From a virus, in IMG/VR virus record IMGVR_UViG_3300005614_000040, positions 1 through 64,000 of that record: 64,000 nt of DNA; one strand, given 5' to 3'. A program made the translations under genes and the position numbers. Positions 17,779-27,359 of the stretch are shown here, piece by piece. Within the stretch, counting starts at the first letter, position 1. Every line of letters begins with the position of its first letter. The notes below the pieces were generated by a model. That model was not told the origin of the DNA, searched no databases, and saw only the letters and a program-made list of their open reading frames with translations.

Positions 17779-17930
17779 TGATCCTCATGTTTGCAATACT
17801 CAACGCTATGTTGGCCGGGTTGAACTACTATTTGTGGATCGATGGTGGTGAGACTCGCTACGGGGTGGTGTCCGTAGTGTGCTGTTTGATTTCTGTGTAT
17901 TTGCTGGTCGTGGCGGCCCAGGAGGAATGA
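17778..17930 (+). CDS. 50-aa membrane peptide
   Basis: A GGAGGA ribosome-binding site precedes the ATG, which overlaps the upstream stop. The peptide 'MILMFAILNAMLAGLNYYLW...' is hydrophobic. Confidence 0.35.
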   Translation: MILMFAILNAMLAGLNYYLWIDGGETRYGVVSVVCCLISVYLLVVAAQEE

Positions 17931-18877
17931 TGCCGAAGAGAGTAGTAGACGGCGAAGCGCTTTGGCGCTCCAAAAAACTTCTGAGCGTGCCCGTCGAGTA
18001 TCGCGGTGAATACGCCAATTTGCTACCGCTGGCAGAAGAAAACACCACTTTCGAGTGTGACCCACATCTGGTTTGGAGCCGGGTGTACGCCTACAACCGA
18101 CCGAACATAACTCCTGAGATCACAGCCCAAATCCTGGACTGCTTCGTCGCAGCCGACATGATCGAGCGGTTTTCAGAAGACGGACGTTGCTTTGCGAGCT
18201 TTAGGGGTATGGATAAGCCAGGCCGACTTCCAGGCCCGGCTGCCGCCGCTCGCAAACCTAACCTTCCTCCGCTTCCTCCATCGTTGCGCGAGAACCTGCC
18301 GCTGGAGTCAATCATTCGGGAGAAGTGCGAAGAAATTTTCAACGAGGTCGAGGACAAAAAGTTCTACGCCAAGGAACTCAAAGCAGCTATCAAACGCAAA
18401 GGATACGACGCGCTGAGAGAAGCCTTTGAGATTTGGATTACCACCGGGTACGTCGGCCGTAAACCGATCACCGCGTTTCTGAAAAGTCTGGATTCGATTC
18501 CGCTTGCCGGGCCTGTTACGTCGCCAGCGCTGCAGAACGTTGAAGAGGCTATCGCGCTGCTGAGCGACAACCAGGTATTTTTCCACACATCACAAAAAGC
18601 TATACTCGCCGTGGCAATCAAGGATCACGGTGAAGACGCGGTCATCACCGCCTTCAGGGATTTCTGGGGCACGGTGTCGAGCGACCGGATTACTTTCGCA
18701 GGCATGAACTTTGTCCAGCAGGTCAATACTCGCATCCGGGCGACCCAGGCGAAGCTCCGTGAGCGGGAACTGGCCGCGCAACGTCTCGAAGAATCACTGG
18801 CCGAGGTAGAGCGCAGCGCCGCTCTTGAACTCGAAGCCCTCCGCGCCGAAGAAGAAGAGATTGAAGAGGAACTGTGA
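17927..18877 (+). CDS. hypothetical protein (possible replication-associated; coiled-coil C-terminus)
   Basis: A tandem ATGATG lies after GGAGG. The ORF ends overlapping the primase start. Confidence 0.5.
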   Translation: MMPKRVVDGEALWRSKKLLSVPVEYRGEYANLLPLAEENTTFECDPHLVWSRVYAYNRPNITPEITAQILDCFVAADMIERFSEDGRCFASFRGMDKPGRLPGPAAAARKPNLPPLPPSLRENLPLESIIREKCEEIFNEVEDKKFYAKELKAAIKRKGYDALREAFEIWITTGYVGRKPITAFLKSLDSIPLAGPVTSPALQNVEEAIALLSDNQVFFHTSQKAILAVAIKDHGEDAVITAFRDFWGTVSSDRITFAGMNFVQQVNTRIRATQAKLRERELAAQRLEESLAEVERSAALELEALRAEEEEIEEEL

Positions 18878-20709
18878 GCCAAGACCCAGAACTACAGCGC
18901 CTCAAGGCGCACCCGGCCGCACTGCGTCTGTATGCATCGCGCGTCTCTCTAACCAAAGAGGGACGCGATTACTTCGGGCCGTGCCCCTTCCACACCGAGA
19001 AGACAGGTTCGTTCTCGGTGTCGCAGAAAGACGGCATGTGGTTATTCCACTGCTTCGGCTGCGCAGAGGGTGGAGACATTTTGAAGTTCGTCCAGAAAAT
19101 GGACAACCTCAAGTTTCAGGATGCGGTCAAAGTTGTCCAAGAGTTCGTCGGTGATACGTCTCACGTTGACGCCGTCTTCAAACCCGTTGAGACCAAGGAC
19201 TACAAAACCTTCAGCCTGGCGCAATACGCCAAACTGGAAGCCGCTCTGGTTGAATCCGAAGAAGCTCGGGCCTGGCTCGAATCTCGGGGGATCGACTTCG
19301 ACACGGCCGTCCGCCTGCACCTCGGGTATCGTCAATCGGCCCCGACCAAAGACCAAAACCTGGTTGACCAGGGATGGATCGCGTTTCCGTGTATCGATCG
19401 CGACGTGGTGCGCTTCATCAAATACCGTTCCATAAAGCAGAAGGCGTTCGCGCGTCAGGTCGGCATGGAAACGGAGATGTTCAACCTGGAGACTGTCGAT
19501 CCGCTTGAACCCGTGTGGGTGGTCGAAGGCGAGCCGGATGCTTGCATTTTGGAGATGGCCGGATTCCGCGCAGTCTCTCTCCCGAACGCCGGGCACATCT
19601 TGACCCCCGCGCAGCGCGATGTACTGCTGGGTTCCGAGCTAATCATCCTAGCCGGGGATTGTGACGGAGGCGTGGGCGTGGCCGCGATGGATCGGCTCAG
19701 GGTGGACTTCGGCAAACACGCGATCAAAGTTGAATGGCCCGCGCCTTGCAAAGACGCGAACGAAACCTTCCTCAAGCAAGCTAAGCGTGACCTCACTGCG
19801 TTCCAAGCCACCTGCAACGGGATGGTACAGGCGGCCAAAGCCCAACCCATGAAGGGTGTCTACAGCCTTAGCGCCGTAATGCGGAAGGCGAAGGGAGGCG
19901 TGACGGCCGATAACCCCTCCAGGTTTCACTGGCCGTGGAAAACCGTAGACCTGATGGCGAACTTCCTGCCCGGCGACGTTGCTCTCATCACCGCGACCGA
20001 CACTGGTATGGGTAAGAGTCAGTTCGTCTTGCAAGGGACGGTGTACGGCGCGCGCAAGCACGGCGAGGTCGTAGTCAACTACCAGGCCGAAATGACAGCC
20101 GAGGAAGTCGCCAACATCGTCGCCGCCCATCTGCTCAAACGGGATCGCAACAAACTAACTCCGGATGACTACCTCGAAGCGGCGGACAGAATGGGATCAG
20201 CCCGCTACTACGTCGGCGCGGATTCATCGCTGAGCACGGCCGGGCCTGTGTTGGATTTGATCGAGCAGGCTGTAATCAGGTTCGGAGCGACGGTTTTGGT
20301 GGTGGACCACATCCACTTCGTTTGCCGGAACTCGTCGAACGAAATCCAGGAGCAAGCTAACGCCATGCAGCGCTTGAAGAACATGGCGCGTAAGTACGGA
20401 TTGAAGATCATCGTGGTCGCGCAGCCGCGCAAAGCTGACCAGAAGAACGAAGGCAAGGAGCGACAGTTGAACGCAGTCAAAGGGTCGGAAACGCTGGTGT
20501 CGGATAGCAGTATTGTCTACTTCCTGCATCGCGAGGTAATCAAAAACATCGATCCGGCGAACCCACCCAAAGACGACTACGAGCCGGAAACTTCGGTGCG
20601 CAACAAAAAGGCCCGCTCCAAAGGAACGGGCGCTGCTTACGCGCGGCTCATGTTTCACGGACACATTGCAACTTTTCACGAAACAACGCCACTTGACATT
20701 TTCCAGTAA
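18874..20709 (+). CDS. bifunctional DNA primase-helicase (CHC2 Zn finger + TOPRIM + DnaB-like RecA fold)
   Basis: It has 'CPFHTEKTGSFSV...FHCFGCAEGGD' (a CHC2 zinc finger), 'VWVVEGEPDACIL' (TOPRIM), Walker A 'TATDTGMGKSQF' and Walker B 'LVVDHIHF'. Confidence 0.85.
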   Translation: MSQDPELQRLKAHPAALRLYASRVSLTKEGRDYFGPCPFHTEKTGSFSVSQKDGMWLFHCFGCAEGGDILKFVQKMDNLKFQDAVKVVQEFVGDTSHVDAVFKPVETKDYKTFSLAQYAKLEAALVESEEARAWLESRGIDFDTAVRLHLGYRQSAPTKDQNLVDQGWIAFPCIDRDVVRFIKYRSIKQKAFARQVGMETEMFNLETVDPLEPVWVVEGEPDACILEMAGFRAVSLPNAGHILTPAQRDVLLGSELIILAGDCDGGVGVAAMDRLRVDFGKHAIKVEWPAPCKDANETFLKQAKRDLTAFQATCNGMVQAAKAQPMKGVYSLSAVMRKAKGGVTADNPSRFHWPWKTVDLMANFLPGDVALITATDTGMGKSQFVLQGTVYGARKHGEVVVNYQAEMTAEEVANIVAAHLLKRDRNKLTPDDYLEAADRMGSARYYVGADSSLSTAGPVLDLIEQAVIRFGATVLVVDHIHFVCRNSSNEIQEQANAMQRLKNMARKYGLKIIVVAQPRKADQKNEGKERQLNAVKGSETLVSDSSIVYFLHREVIKNIDPANPPKDDYEPETSVRNKKARSKGTGAAYARLMFHGHIATFHETTPLDIFQ

Positions 20710-20742
20710 TTGTGCAACAATTCTTTTATTCCAGAGGACAAT

Positions 20743-20919
20743 ATGATCGGTTTGAGACTGGTGCTGACAGGCGCAGTTGTTATGCTCACAAGTTGGGCGG
20801 TCGCAGAAGAAGGCCCGCGTGACCCACCACTGTGGTTGGCCATACCCGTAGTGCTGGGTTTTTTCGGCGGTGCAACTGCAAGCGTCGTCGGGTTGATTCT
20901 CGCAATTTGGGGGATTTAA
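20743..20919 (+). CDS. small membrane protein
   Basis: There are two predicted transmembrane helices, 'LVLTGAVVMLTSWAV' and 'LAIPVVLGFFGGATASVVGLILAIW'. Confidence 0.4.
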   Translation: MIGLRLVLTGAVVMLTSWAVAEEGPRDPPLWLAIPVVLGFFGGATASVVGLILAIWGI

Positions 20920-21004
20920 TGCTGCTCTGCATCGCATTTGTACTTTGGTTCATCCTTACCTGCGCAATCTTGCTTTGGATGATCAAGAATCCACCGAGGG
21001 GATA

Positions 21005-22051
21005 ATGCTTAACATTGCAAGCATCAAGCCCCACTTGAAAACCTTGGCCGCCAGCGGCGCTCCGCTCTACGTCCTGGGTGACGGCAAGCTGATCGGGCAC
21101 ACCCCGAACTTCACAGTTTGTGTCGAGGACGATTCCTTGCAGATTTCAGTCGCCGATCCTAGCGCGACCTGTGTACTGTCGGCTGTCAAGTTCAACGCGT
21201 TTGTGTCGAAAGCTAAAACCGGATTCTCCGTCCATTTTTTGGACAGTGGGGTCCGGCTGCTATCCGGAAGCCTGAGCGTGGACTTTCCTCTGCTCAACAC
21301 CCAAGTCAACCTCGTCCAACCCGACTACAAAATGTCGATCCCGACGACAACACTCAAGGAACTTCTTCTCTACGCAACGGCGGTGACCGATGCCAAAGCT
21401 ACCATGACCTATGCCGGGGTAGTTCATATCCACGCAGACCCGGATATATTCGACGAGGAACAATCCAGTTCCGTCAAGGTACAGGCTACGGATGGTTACC
21501 GGGCGCTGCGTATGTCGTTGGGGTGCAATGTTACACCCTTCAGTCTTTTGGTGCCCGCGACGTTAGTAGCCGCTGTTGTCAACTTCACGGGGGAAACTAC
21601 CGAAATCGCCGACACCGAGAACTACCTGGCTTTTCGATCCGGCAACGTTGAAGCGGTTGCCACCAAGTTCGCGGTGAAGCTTCCGGATATCGGTGGCGCG
21701 TTCCCGGCCCGCAGCAAAGTCAGAATGTCGTTCGCGGCCGGGGATATTAAAGAAATTTTAGGAAATCTTTCTCCTTTCCTTGACACCAAGGACCCTGACG
21801 TGGTATGTTCTTTTGAACAAAAGCTGGTGATAACTACTGGCACCGCTCGTGACGAACTCAAGTACGATATTCAACCTACCGTTCAGAACCCCGCATCCGA
21901 AACTCCCAACAAAAAATTCAAAACTCCTGCGAAGTTCCTAACCGACTTCATCTCCAAAGCTTCCGGCACTGTCCAGGTTGAGACGGACAACTTCGACCGG
22001 ATTCTCCTCACCAACGGAAACAAAAAGTATATTTTGGCGGCCAAAAATTGA
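21005..22051 (+). CDS. DNA polymerase sliding clamp, bacterial beta (DnaN)-like
   Basis: The ORF is ~350 aa. It carries 'VQATDGYRALRMSL', which resembles the DnaN motif 'ATDGHRLA'. A GAGGGGA ribosome-binding site is present, and a clamp loader is encoded at 12855. Confidence 0.65.
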   Translation: MLNIASIKPHLKTLAASGAPLYVLGDGKLIGHTPNFTVCVEDDSLQISVADPSATCVLSAVKFNAFVSKAKTGFSVHFLDSGVRLLSGSLSVDFPLLNTQVNLVQPDYKMSIPTTTLKELLLYATAVTDAKATMTYAGVVHIHADPDIFDEEQSSSVKVQATDGYRALRMSLGCNVTPFSLLVPATLVAAVVNFTGETTEIADTENYLAFRSGNVEAVATKFAVKLPDIGGAFPARSKVRMSFAAGDIKEILGNLSPFLDTKDPDVVCSFEQKLVITTGTARDELKYDIQPTVQNPASETPNKKFKTPAKFLTDFISKASGTVQVETDNFDRILLTNGNKKYILAAKN

Positions 22052-22737
22052 GAGTGCTGGTTGCGTGTGAATTTTCCGGGGTGGTCAGGTCAGCGTTCCG
22101 CACGCTTGGCCACGACGCTTGGAGTTGTGACTTGCTACCCTGCACGGACGAGTCGCCGCATCACATCCAAGGAGACGTGCTCGAACATCTTGAAGAAGGC
22201 TGGGACCTGATGATCGCGCACCCACCTTGTACTTACCTTTGTTCTTCTGGCCTGCACTGGAACAAACGTGTTCCCGGCCGCGACGAACTGACGCGTGACG
22301 CTATGCTGTTCGTGTTCAACTTGCTAGGCGAAGGCTTTGTCGATAACCCGATCCCGAAGATAGCTTTGGAAAACCCCATCGGTTGCATCTCCACCACCTA
22401 CCGCAAACCGGACCAGATCATTCAACCCTATGACTTCGGCCACGACGCCAGCAAACAAACCTGCCTCTGGCTGAAAGACCTGCCAAAGCTGATACCGACC
22501 AAAAAGATAGACCCGATCTACGGCTGCTCGTGCGGCGCGCGGTTTCCGCTGGAACTCGGGAAGTACGGATGCCCGAATTGCAACGGCGAAGGAAAAGCCC
22601 GATTCATCTGGGGTAACCAAACGCCTACAGGCCAGAACAAACTAGGACCGTCAGCCGACCGCTGGGCTGCGCGCTCTGTAACCTACGCCGGAATAGCTGA
22701 AGCTATGGCGCAGCAGTGGGGAGGAACCAATGGATGA
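22048..22737 (+). CDS. minimal C5-cytosine methyltransferase-like protein with C-terminal Zn ribbon
   Basis: It has 'VLVACEFSG' (motif I-like), 'HPPCTYLCSSG' (PC motif IV-like), 'LENPIG' (ENV motif VI-like) and 'CSCGARFPLELGKYGCPNC'. At only 229 aa it has no room for a typical target-recognition domain. Confidence 0.45.
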   Translation: MRVLVACEFSGVVRSAFRTLGHDAWSCDLLPCTDESPHHIQGDVLEHLEEGWDLMIAHPPCTYLCSSGLHWNKRVPGRDELTRDAMLFVFNLLGEGFVDNPIPKIALENPIGCISTTYRKPDQIIQPYDFGHDASKQTCLWLKDLPKLIPTKKIDPIYGCSCGARFPLELGKYGCPNCNGEGKARFIWGNQTPTGQNKLGPSADRWAARSVTYAGIAEAMAQQWGGTNG

Positions 22738-23542
22738 GTTCTTAGTAGAGTCCGACGAATCATGGGAAGGCTCAACAGCTTTACTTAGGGTCAAACACGA
22801 TCCGTATCTTGACCATTGCACCTGCGAGTCCTGCCTAGAACCTTTCCCGGGCACAGAAGAAGAGGCCCGCGACGTGCTCGACGTAATGGAAGAAATCGCT
22901 CAGGAAATTCTCGCGCCCGCCGACCTGACCGAAGCTCAGCAGATCGCCCAAGAGATCGAATTCATCACCGACCAGATCACGGAGAAGGAAGCCTGGCTGC
23001 AGATCGGATGGGTCAAGCTGGGGATGCTGGTCAACCGCGTTCACGAGAAGAAATTCTGGCTCGATTACGGCTATCAGAACTTTCCGGCGTTCGTTCAGGA
23101 CATCGCTTCCCGCGTAGACCGCAAGCGCAGCTACATCTACCAGTGCCGGGGTATCGCCGAGCGCCTGCTGCCGCAACTCCCACCCGACACTCTGATCGAG
23201 ATGGGGATTTCTAAAGCCGGAGAACTGCAGAAGCTTACCAAGCTGGGCAAGTTGATCCCGCAGGAGATCATCGACAAGGCGCTGACGGCCAAAATCTACG
23301 AGGTCAGGGCTGTAGTCCAGACCGCGTTGAACCCGGCCGCGCCGCTCGAAGAAGGCAAGTGGTTCGACCTGGGCGGGTGCTACTTCACTAAGGAAGAACT
23401 CACACTCTACAAGCTGGCTTTCGACTGCGCGCTCAAAGATGCAGACCAGCCTATCGCTACAGATTTGGCGGATCACGTCCAGAAAAAGATCGTCCTGACC
23501 CGTTTCGCCGCAGAGTACTTATCAACCCACGGAGGTCAGTAA
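22730..23542 (+). CDS. hypothetical protein (acidic N-terminus, Cys cluster)
   Basis: The ORF has coding-like composition and overlaps the upstream gene by 8 nt. Confidence 0.45.
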   Translation: MDEFLVESDESWEGSTALLRVKHDPYLDHCTCESCLEPFPGTEEEARDVLDVMEEIAQEILAPADLTEAQQIAQEIEFITDQITEKEAWLQIGWVKLGMLVNRVHEKKFWLDYGYQNFPAFVQDIASRVDRKRSYIYQCRGIAERLLPQLPPDTLIEMGISKAGELQKLTKLGKLIPQEIIDKALTAKIYEVRAVVQTALNPAAPLEEGKWFDLGGCYFTKEELTLYKLAFDCALKDADQPIATDLADHVQKKIVLTRFAAEYLSTHGGQ

Positions 23543-23799
23543 TGGAAGAAGAATTCGACGAATGTTATGAGTGCGAAGAGTACTGCCGGGACATTAGCGA
23601 CCTTGAAGGTCAGGTCGAGGGCCTGGAAGAAGAGAACGCCCGGCTCAATCGCGAAAACGACGACCTTACGCGCGAACTCGAAGCAGCTTACGAACTCATC
23701 AAGAAGTCCGGGGTTATCCCCGACACCCCAGAGAACCAGTCACGCTTCAACATTGGCGGGCTTCGCTGGGCACTACTGAAGTACGAGGAAATGAAATGA
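23542..23799 (+). CDS. small acidic coiled-coil protein
   Basis: It has 'CYECEEYC' followed by the heptad segment 'LEGQVEGLEEENARLNRENDDLTRELE'. Confidence 0.4.
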   Translation: MEEEFDECYECEEYCRDISDLEGQVEGLEEENARLNRENDDLTRELEAAYELIKKSGVIPDTPENQSRFNIGGLRWALLKYEEMK

Positions 23800-23904
23800 G
23801 CACACCGCCTGTACCCCAACCCGTCGTTCAGTTTACCCATGTGAACGAAATCCTCTACGCACACGAACGCAACGTAATCACCAAAGCCGAAGCCCGGCGT
23901 CTGC

Positions 23905-24258
23905 TTGGGTTCGCTCCGACCGTCAGCGGCACCGCAACCAGTGGCAGTAAGTAAGGTCTACGTCGAGATCGACGGCCAGAAGCGCCCGATTCGCATCATC
24001 AAAAACCACGCCGAGGTTTGGAAGCTGCCGCCTGAAAAAGTCGCGCAGTGGCCCAAATCCGAAGCGGTCAAGGCCATCCGGCAGCAGGTCGTTGACCGGG
24101 CCAACGGCGAGTGTGAATTTTGCGGGGATCGAGTGGTCGCGGCCCGAGGCGAGATGCACGAAGTTGTATTCCGCAGTCAAGGCGGAGAGGTAAGCGTGGC
24201 TAATTCCGTTTTCATTTGCGGGAAGTGCCACAGAAAGGAACACGGTACGAAAGTATGA
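23905..24258 (+). CDS. small HNH endonuclease
   Basis: The HNH core is 'GECEFCG...HEVVFRSQGGE...NSVFICGKCHRKEH'. The start is uncertain (a GTG at 23944 is possible). Confidence 0.6.
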   Translation: MGSLRPSAAPQPVAVSKVYVEIDGQKRPIRIIKNHAEVWKLPPEKVAQWPKSEAVKAIRQQVVDRANGECEFCGDRVVAARGEMHEVVFRSQGGEVSVANSVFICGKCHRKEHGTKV

Positions 24259-24355
24259 ACGATATTTTCCTTGGAATTTTGCTGTTGGCGGCCATCGGCC
24301 TTATCGTGATCGGGATGCAGGCGTACGAAGAAGACGACTGGGATGAGGGCGACGA

Positions 24356-24610
24356 ATGATCTGGATAATCTTGTGGCTTATCGCAGGTGTGCTCGACGCC
24401 GGATTCATTCTCGGTTATGAAGTCAACCGCTGGCCGGGGTTGAAACCAATGACGCCGTGGTACATCTTTGTGATCCTGGTCGGGCCAGTGGGATTTTTGC
24501 CTACCGCCGCGACTTATAATTTCAAAAACTTTCGCTTGCTTCCGCTGAGCAACGAAGAACGCAAGGCCGCCCACCGCGAACGCTATGGGTTCGAGGAGGA
24601 CGAATGGTAG
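24356..24610 (+). CDS. small membrane protein
   Basis: There are two predicted transmembrane helices ('MIWIILWLIAGVLDAGFIL', 'WYIFVILVGPVGFL'). Confidence 0.4.
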   Translation: MIWIILWLIAGVLDAGFILGYEVNRWPGLKPMTPWYIFVILVGPVGFLPTAATYNFKNFRLLPLSNEERKAAHRERYGFEEDEW

Positions 24611-24822
24611 TCACGAAACAAACCAGCACCATAACGTGCGACTTCGAAGCGTGCAACAAACCACCTATCCTGCTCGACAAGGACATGGAAGTTCCGGCCG
24701 CGTATTGGAAGACCTTGGTGCTCACCAACGCTAAGAACGAACCCAAAGTGTTCTGCTCTAAAGGCTGTTTGTTCCAGTACCTCCAGACCGATTTCGTTGC
24801 CTGTGAAATCCCGGGGGTCTAG
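24604..24822 (+). CDS. small Cys-containing hypothetical protein
   Basis: The ORF is 72 aa and contains 'CDFEACNK...CSKGC'. Confidence 0.35.
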   Translation: MVVTKQTSTITCDFEACNKPPILLDKDMEVPAAYWKTLVLTNAKNEPKVFCSKGCLFQYLQTDFVACEIPGV

Positions 24823-25286
24823 TGGAATACACAACCTACGACGCCGCCCGGCTCGCACTGGGCGACTGGATCAAAACCAACCCCGACTGGCCGGATTCAC
24901 GCGATCCGGCTTTCCATCCTGATCTTTTCCGGCACAAGATAACTCCGCAGGACTTCGAACTCGCGATGGTGTGCCACATCTGCGCGTTCATCGACGAAGA
25001 AGAACCCTACGCTGTGGCTGCGGCGTTCGGCCAGGTGATTATGAACCGCACTCCGGAAAATGGATCACCTTACCAAACCGCGAGCAAGATGATGGAACCG
25101 TGTACGTTCGACCCTCGGAACCACGACATTATCATCCGGCTATTGCACAACGTTGAAAACCTGGTATCCCGCCAGCTTTACGACCCCACCAACGGGGCCA
25201 CCCATTACTTGCACATCAACGCCGTCGCCCCGGGTGCCGCCCAATCCTCCTCCCGGGTAACCATAGGCAGGTACATCTTTATATGA
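24822..25286 (+). CDS. putative cell-wall hydrolase (SleB/Hydrolase_2-like)
   Basis: A C-terminal 'NGATHYLH' resembles the Hydrolase_2 ATHY motif. The start codon is GTG. Confidence 0.4.
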   Translation: MEYTTYDAARLALGDWIKTNPDWPDSRDPAFHPDLFRHKITPQDFELAMVCHICAFIDEEEPYAVAAAFGQVIMNRTPENGSPYQTASKMMEPCTFDPRNHDIIIRLLHNVENLVSRQLYDPTNGATHYLHINAVAPGAAQSSSRVTIGRYIFI

Positions 25287-25717
25287 GCACTGACGCCTAC
25301 CTCCTCCGGAAATACGGCATTGACCGCAAAGAAAAACGCCGGATGGCCAACGCCCAAGGTAACGCCTGTAAGATTTGCCGGAAGACCCACACCAAAGATG
25401 GACGACCAATTCTATTTCACGTTGACCACTGTCACACCATACCGAAGATCAAAGTAGTTGCAACCAAAACAAGTCTCGGGTGGGTAGCAGAAACCATAAA
25501 CCCTCCGGCTAAGTATCCCAAATTGCACTTCATTTGGGCGTACGGGCGCACTCGGATGGAAGCTGTTCTGCAAGTACGAAAACAACTGCGGCGGGCAGCA
25601 ACCCGTTACTTGGTTTGTTGGTCATGCAACTCGTTGCTGGCCAAGGGCCGCGACAATCCTGATGTTTTCGACGCGGCGGCGAGTTACCTCCGCGAATTTG
25701 AATCGAGGTTCCAATGA
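25283..25717 (+). CDS. recombination endonuclease VII (Holliday junction resolvase)
   Basis: It has 'CKICRK...LFHVDHCHT' and 'CWSCNSLLAKGRD', matching the Endonuclease_7 signature C..C...DHDH...C..CN. Confidence 0.75.
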   Translation: MSTDAYLLRKYGIDRKEKRRMANAQGNACKICRKTHTKDGRPILFHVDHCHTIPKIKVVATKTSLGWVAETINPPAKYPKLHFIWAYGRTRMEAVLQVRKQLRRAATRYLVCWSCNSLLAKGRDNPDVFDAAASYLREFESRFQ

Positions 25718-25849
25718 CCACACAGCGCTTCATTATCGAAGTCCGCGATGACGAAGAAGACTCCATCGAAGACCTGAGCATCTTCATCGAGGAAGCCCTC
25801 GAAGAACATTTGCCGGAGGGTGTCCACTACGTTTTGTTGGAGCTTGAAG

Positions 25850-26098
25850 ATGCCTCTGAGGTTGGGTGACGGGAGACTTATGGGTAGAAGCCCGCGCTAC
25901 GCCCTGGTCTTGTCCGCAATCCTCCAGCTAGAGTCAGACAATGTTGAGTCTGGGCCGTACTGGATGTGCGTGGACGAGAAAACCGTAACTATTGCCTACC
26001 AAGCAAAACATACCGACAAAGCCACCATGCTTGTGATCCCGCGCCAGCACTTCGAGACCTTGTTGGAGTGGTACGAAACCGAACAATCGATTACCTAA
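25850..26098 (+). CDS. hypothetical protein
   Basis: Coding composition is good, but the start is uncertain (25820, 25850 or 25880). Confidence 0.35.
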   Translation: MPLRLGDGRLMGRSPRYALVLSAILQLESDNVESGPYWMCVDEKTVTIAYQAKHTDKATMLVIPRQHFETLLEWYETEQSIT

Positions 26099-26099
26099 T

Positions 26100-27359
26100 A
26101 TGAATCTACGCCCCGAAAAAATCCAGCAAATTCGAGATTTTGCAACGGCTAACCCCGGTGTGTCCGACCGGGCCATTGCTAAAGCCCTCAAGGTCAGCCG
26201 CGATGCAGCAGCCAAGTATCGTGGAGAACGTAAGGCAGAAGAAACCGAAGAGTCACAGATGACGGCCGACACCTGGACGTTTGAAGCAAAGACCCGGGAA
26301 CGGATCACCACCCTTGAGGATTTGGTCGCGTTCTGCAAGATCGACCTGGACGTGTGGGATGTAGAACGTTGGGTCGCGAACAAGTGGGAGGTTGGGGCCA
26401 ACATCGACGGCAAGCTCACCGTCGAACCGCTCTACCAGGTTAAGGCTTTCATGCGCAAGCGCCAAGGTATGGTGGCCGCCCGGCAAGAGATCGAAGACCT
26501 GAAAGAACTCGCCAAGAAGGAGTTCCCGGCGCGCGTTCCGCCCAAACCTACCAAAGAAACCGGGCTGATGCTCGAACTGAACCTGAGCGACGCCCACCTG
26601 GGCAAGCTCGCGCATACGGACGAAACCCGGGGGCCGAACTACGACACCCGGATCGCCGAGAGAACATATCGCCGGGCCTTCTACGCACTCCTTGACCGCA
26701 CGGCAGGTTACGAGTTCGACGAGGTGTGGTACGTGGTTGGCAACGACGTAATGCAGAGCGACGACCCCGAGGGCCGCACCACGGCCGGAACCTACGTCTC
26801 GACCGACGGCCGCTACTACAAAACCTTCAAGATCGTCAGATCACTAATCATCGAAAACATCGAAGAACTCCGTAAGCGCGCCCGGGTTGTCCGCGTCATC
26901 GTTGTTCCAGGTAATCACGACGAACGCAGTTGCTTTTTCCTGGGCGATTCGATAGAGTGTTACTTCGCCAATCAACCTGATGTAGTTATCGACAACGAAC
27001 CCAAGCGACGGAAGTACCACACCTTCGGTAAAGTCCTGCTGGGCCTGACTCACGGGCACAAAGGCAAGCACGCTGACTACCCTATCCTCATGGCCACCGA
27101 GGTTCCGGAGATGTTTGGCGCGAGCCGCCATCGCGAAATGCACTGCGGGCACAAGCACAAAACCCAGTCAGACATTACCAAGATCAGGGCCGTCGATGAA
27201 GCTCACGGCGTTCGCGTCCGGATTCTGAGCGCGCTCACCCCGGCCGATTCCTGGCACTCAGACAACGGGTTTGTCGGCAACCTGCGCGCGAGCGAAGCGT
27301 TCGTGTGGCACAGAACTGAAGGGCTGATTGCGACTGCGGTGTATACGGAGCCAGATTGA
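26100..27359 (+). CDS. N-terminal HTH + calcineurin-like metallophosphoesterase
   Basis: A helix-turn-helix is seen in 'GVSDRAIAKALKVSRDAAAKY'. Phosphoesterase motifs are 'VIVVPGNHDE', 'LTHGHKGK' and 'CGHKHK'. Confidence 0.5.
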   Translation: MNLRPEKIQQIRDFATANPGVSDRAIAKALKVSRDAAAKYRGERKAEETEESQMTADTWTFEAKTRERITTLEDLVAFCKIDLDVWDVERWVANKWEVGANIDGKLTVEPLYQVKAFMRKRQGMVAARQEIEDLKELAKKEFPARVPPKPTKETGLMLELNLSDAHLGKLAHTDETRGPNYDTRIAERTYRRAFYALLDRTAGYEFDEVWYVVGNDVMQSDDPEGRTTAGTYVSTDGRYYKTFKIVRSLIIENIEELRKRARVVRVIVVPGNHDERSCFFLGDSIECYFANQPDVVIDNEPKRRKYHTFGKVLLGLTHGHKGKHADYPILMATEVPEMFGASRHREMHCGHKHKTQSDITKIRAVDEAHGVRVRILSALTPADSWHSDNGFVGNLRASEAFVWHRTEGLIATAVYTEPD

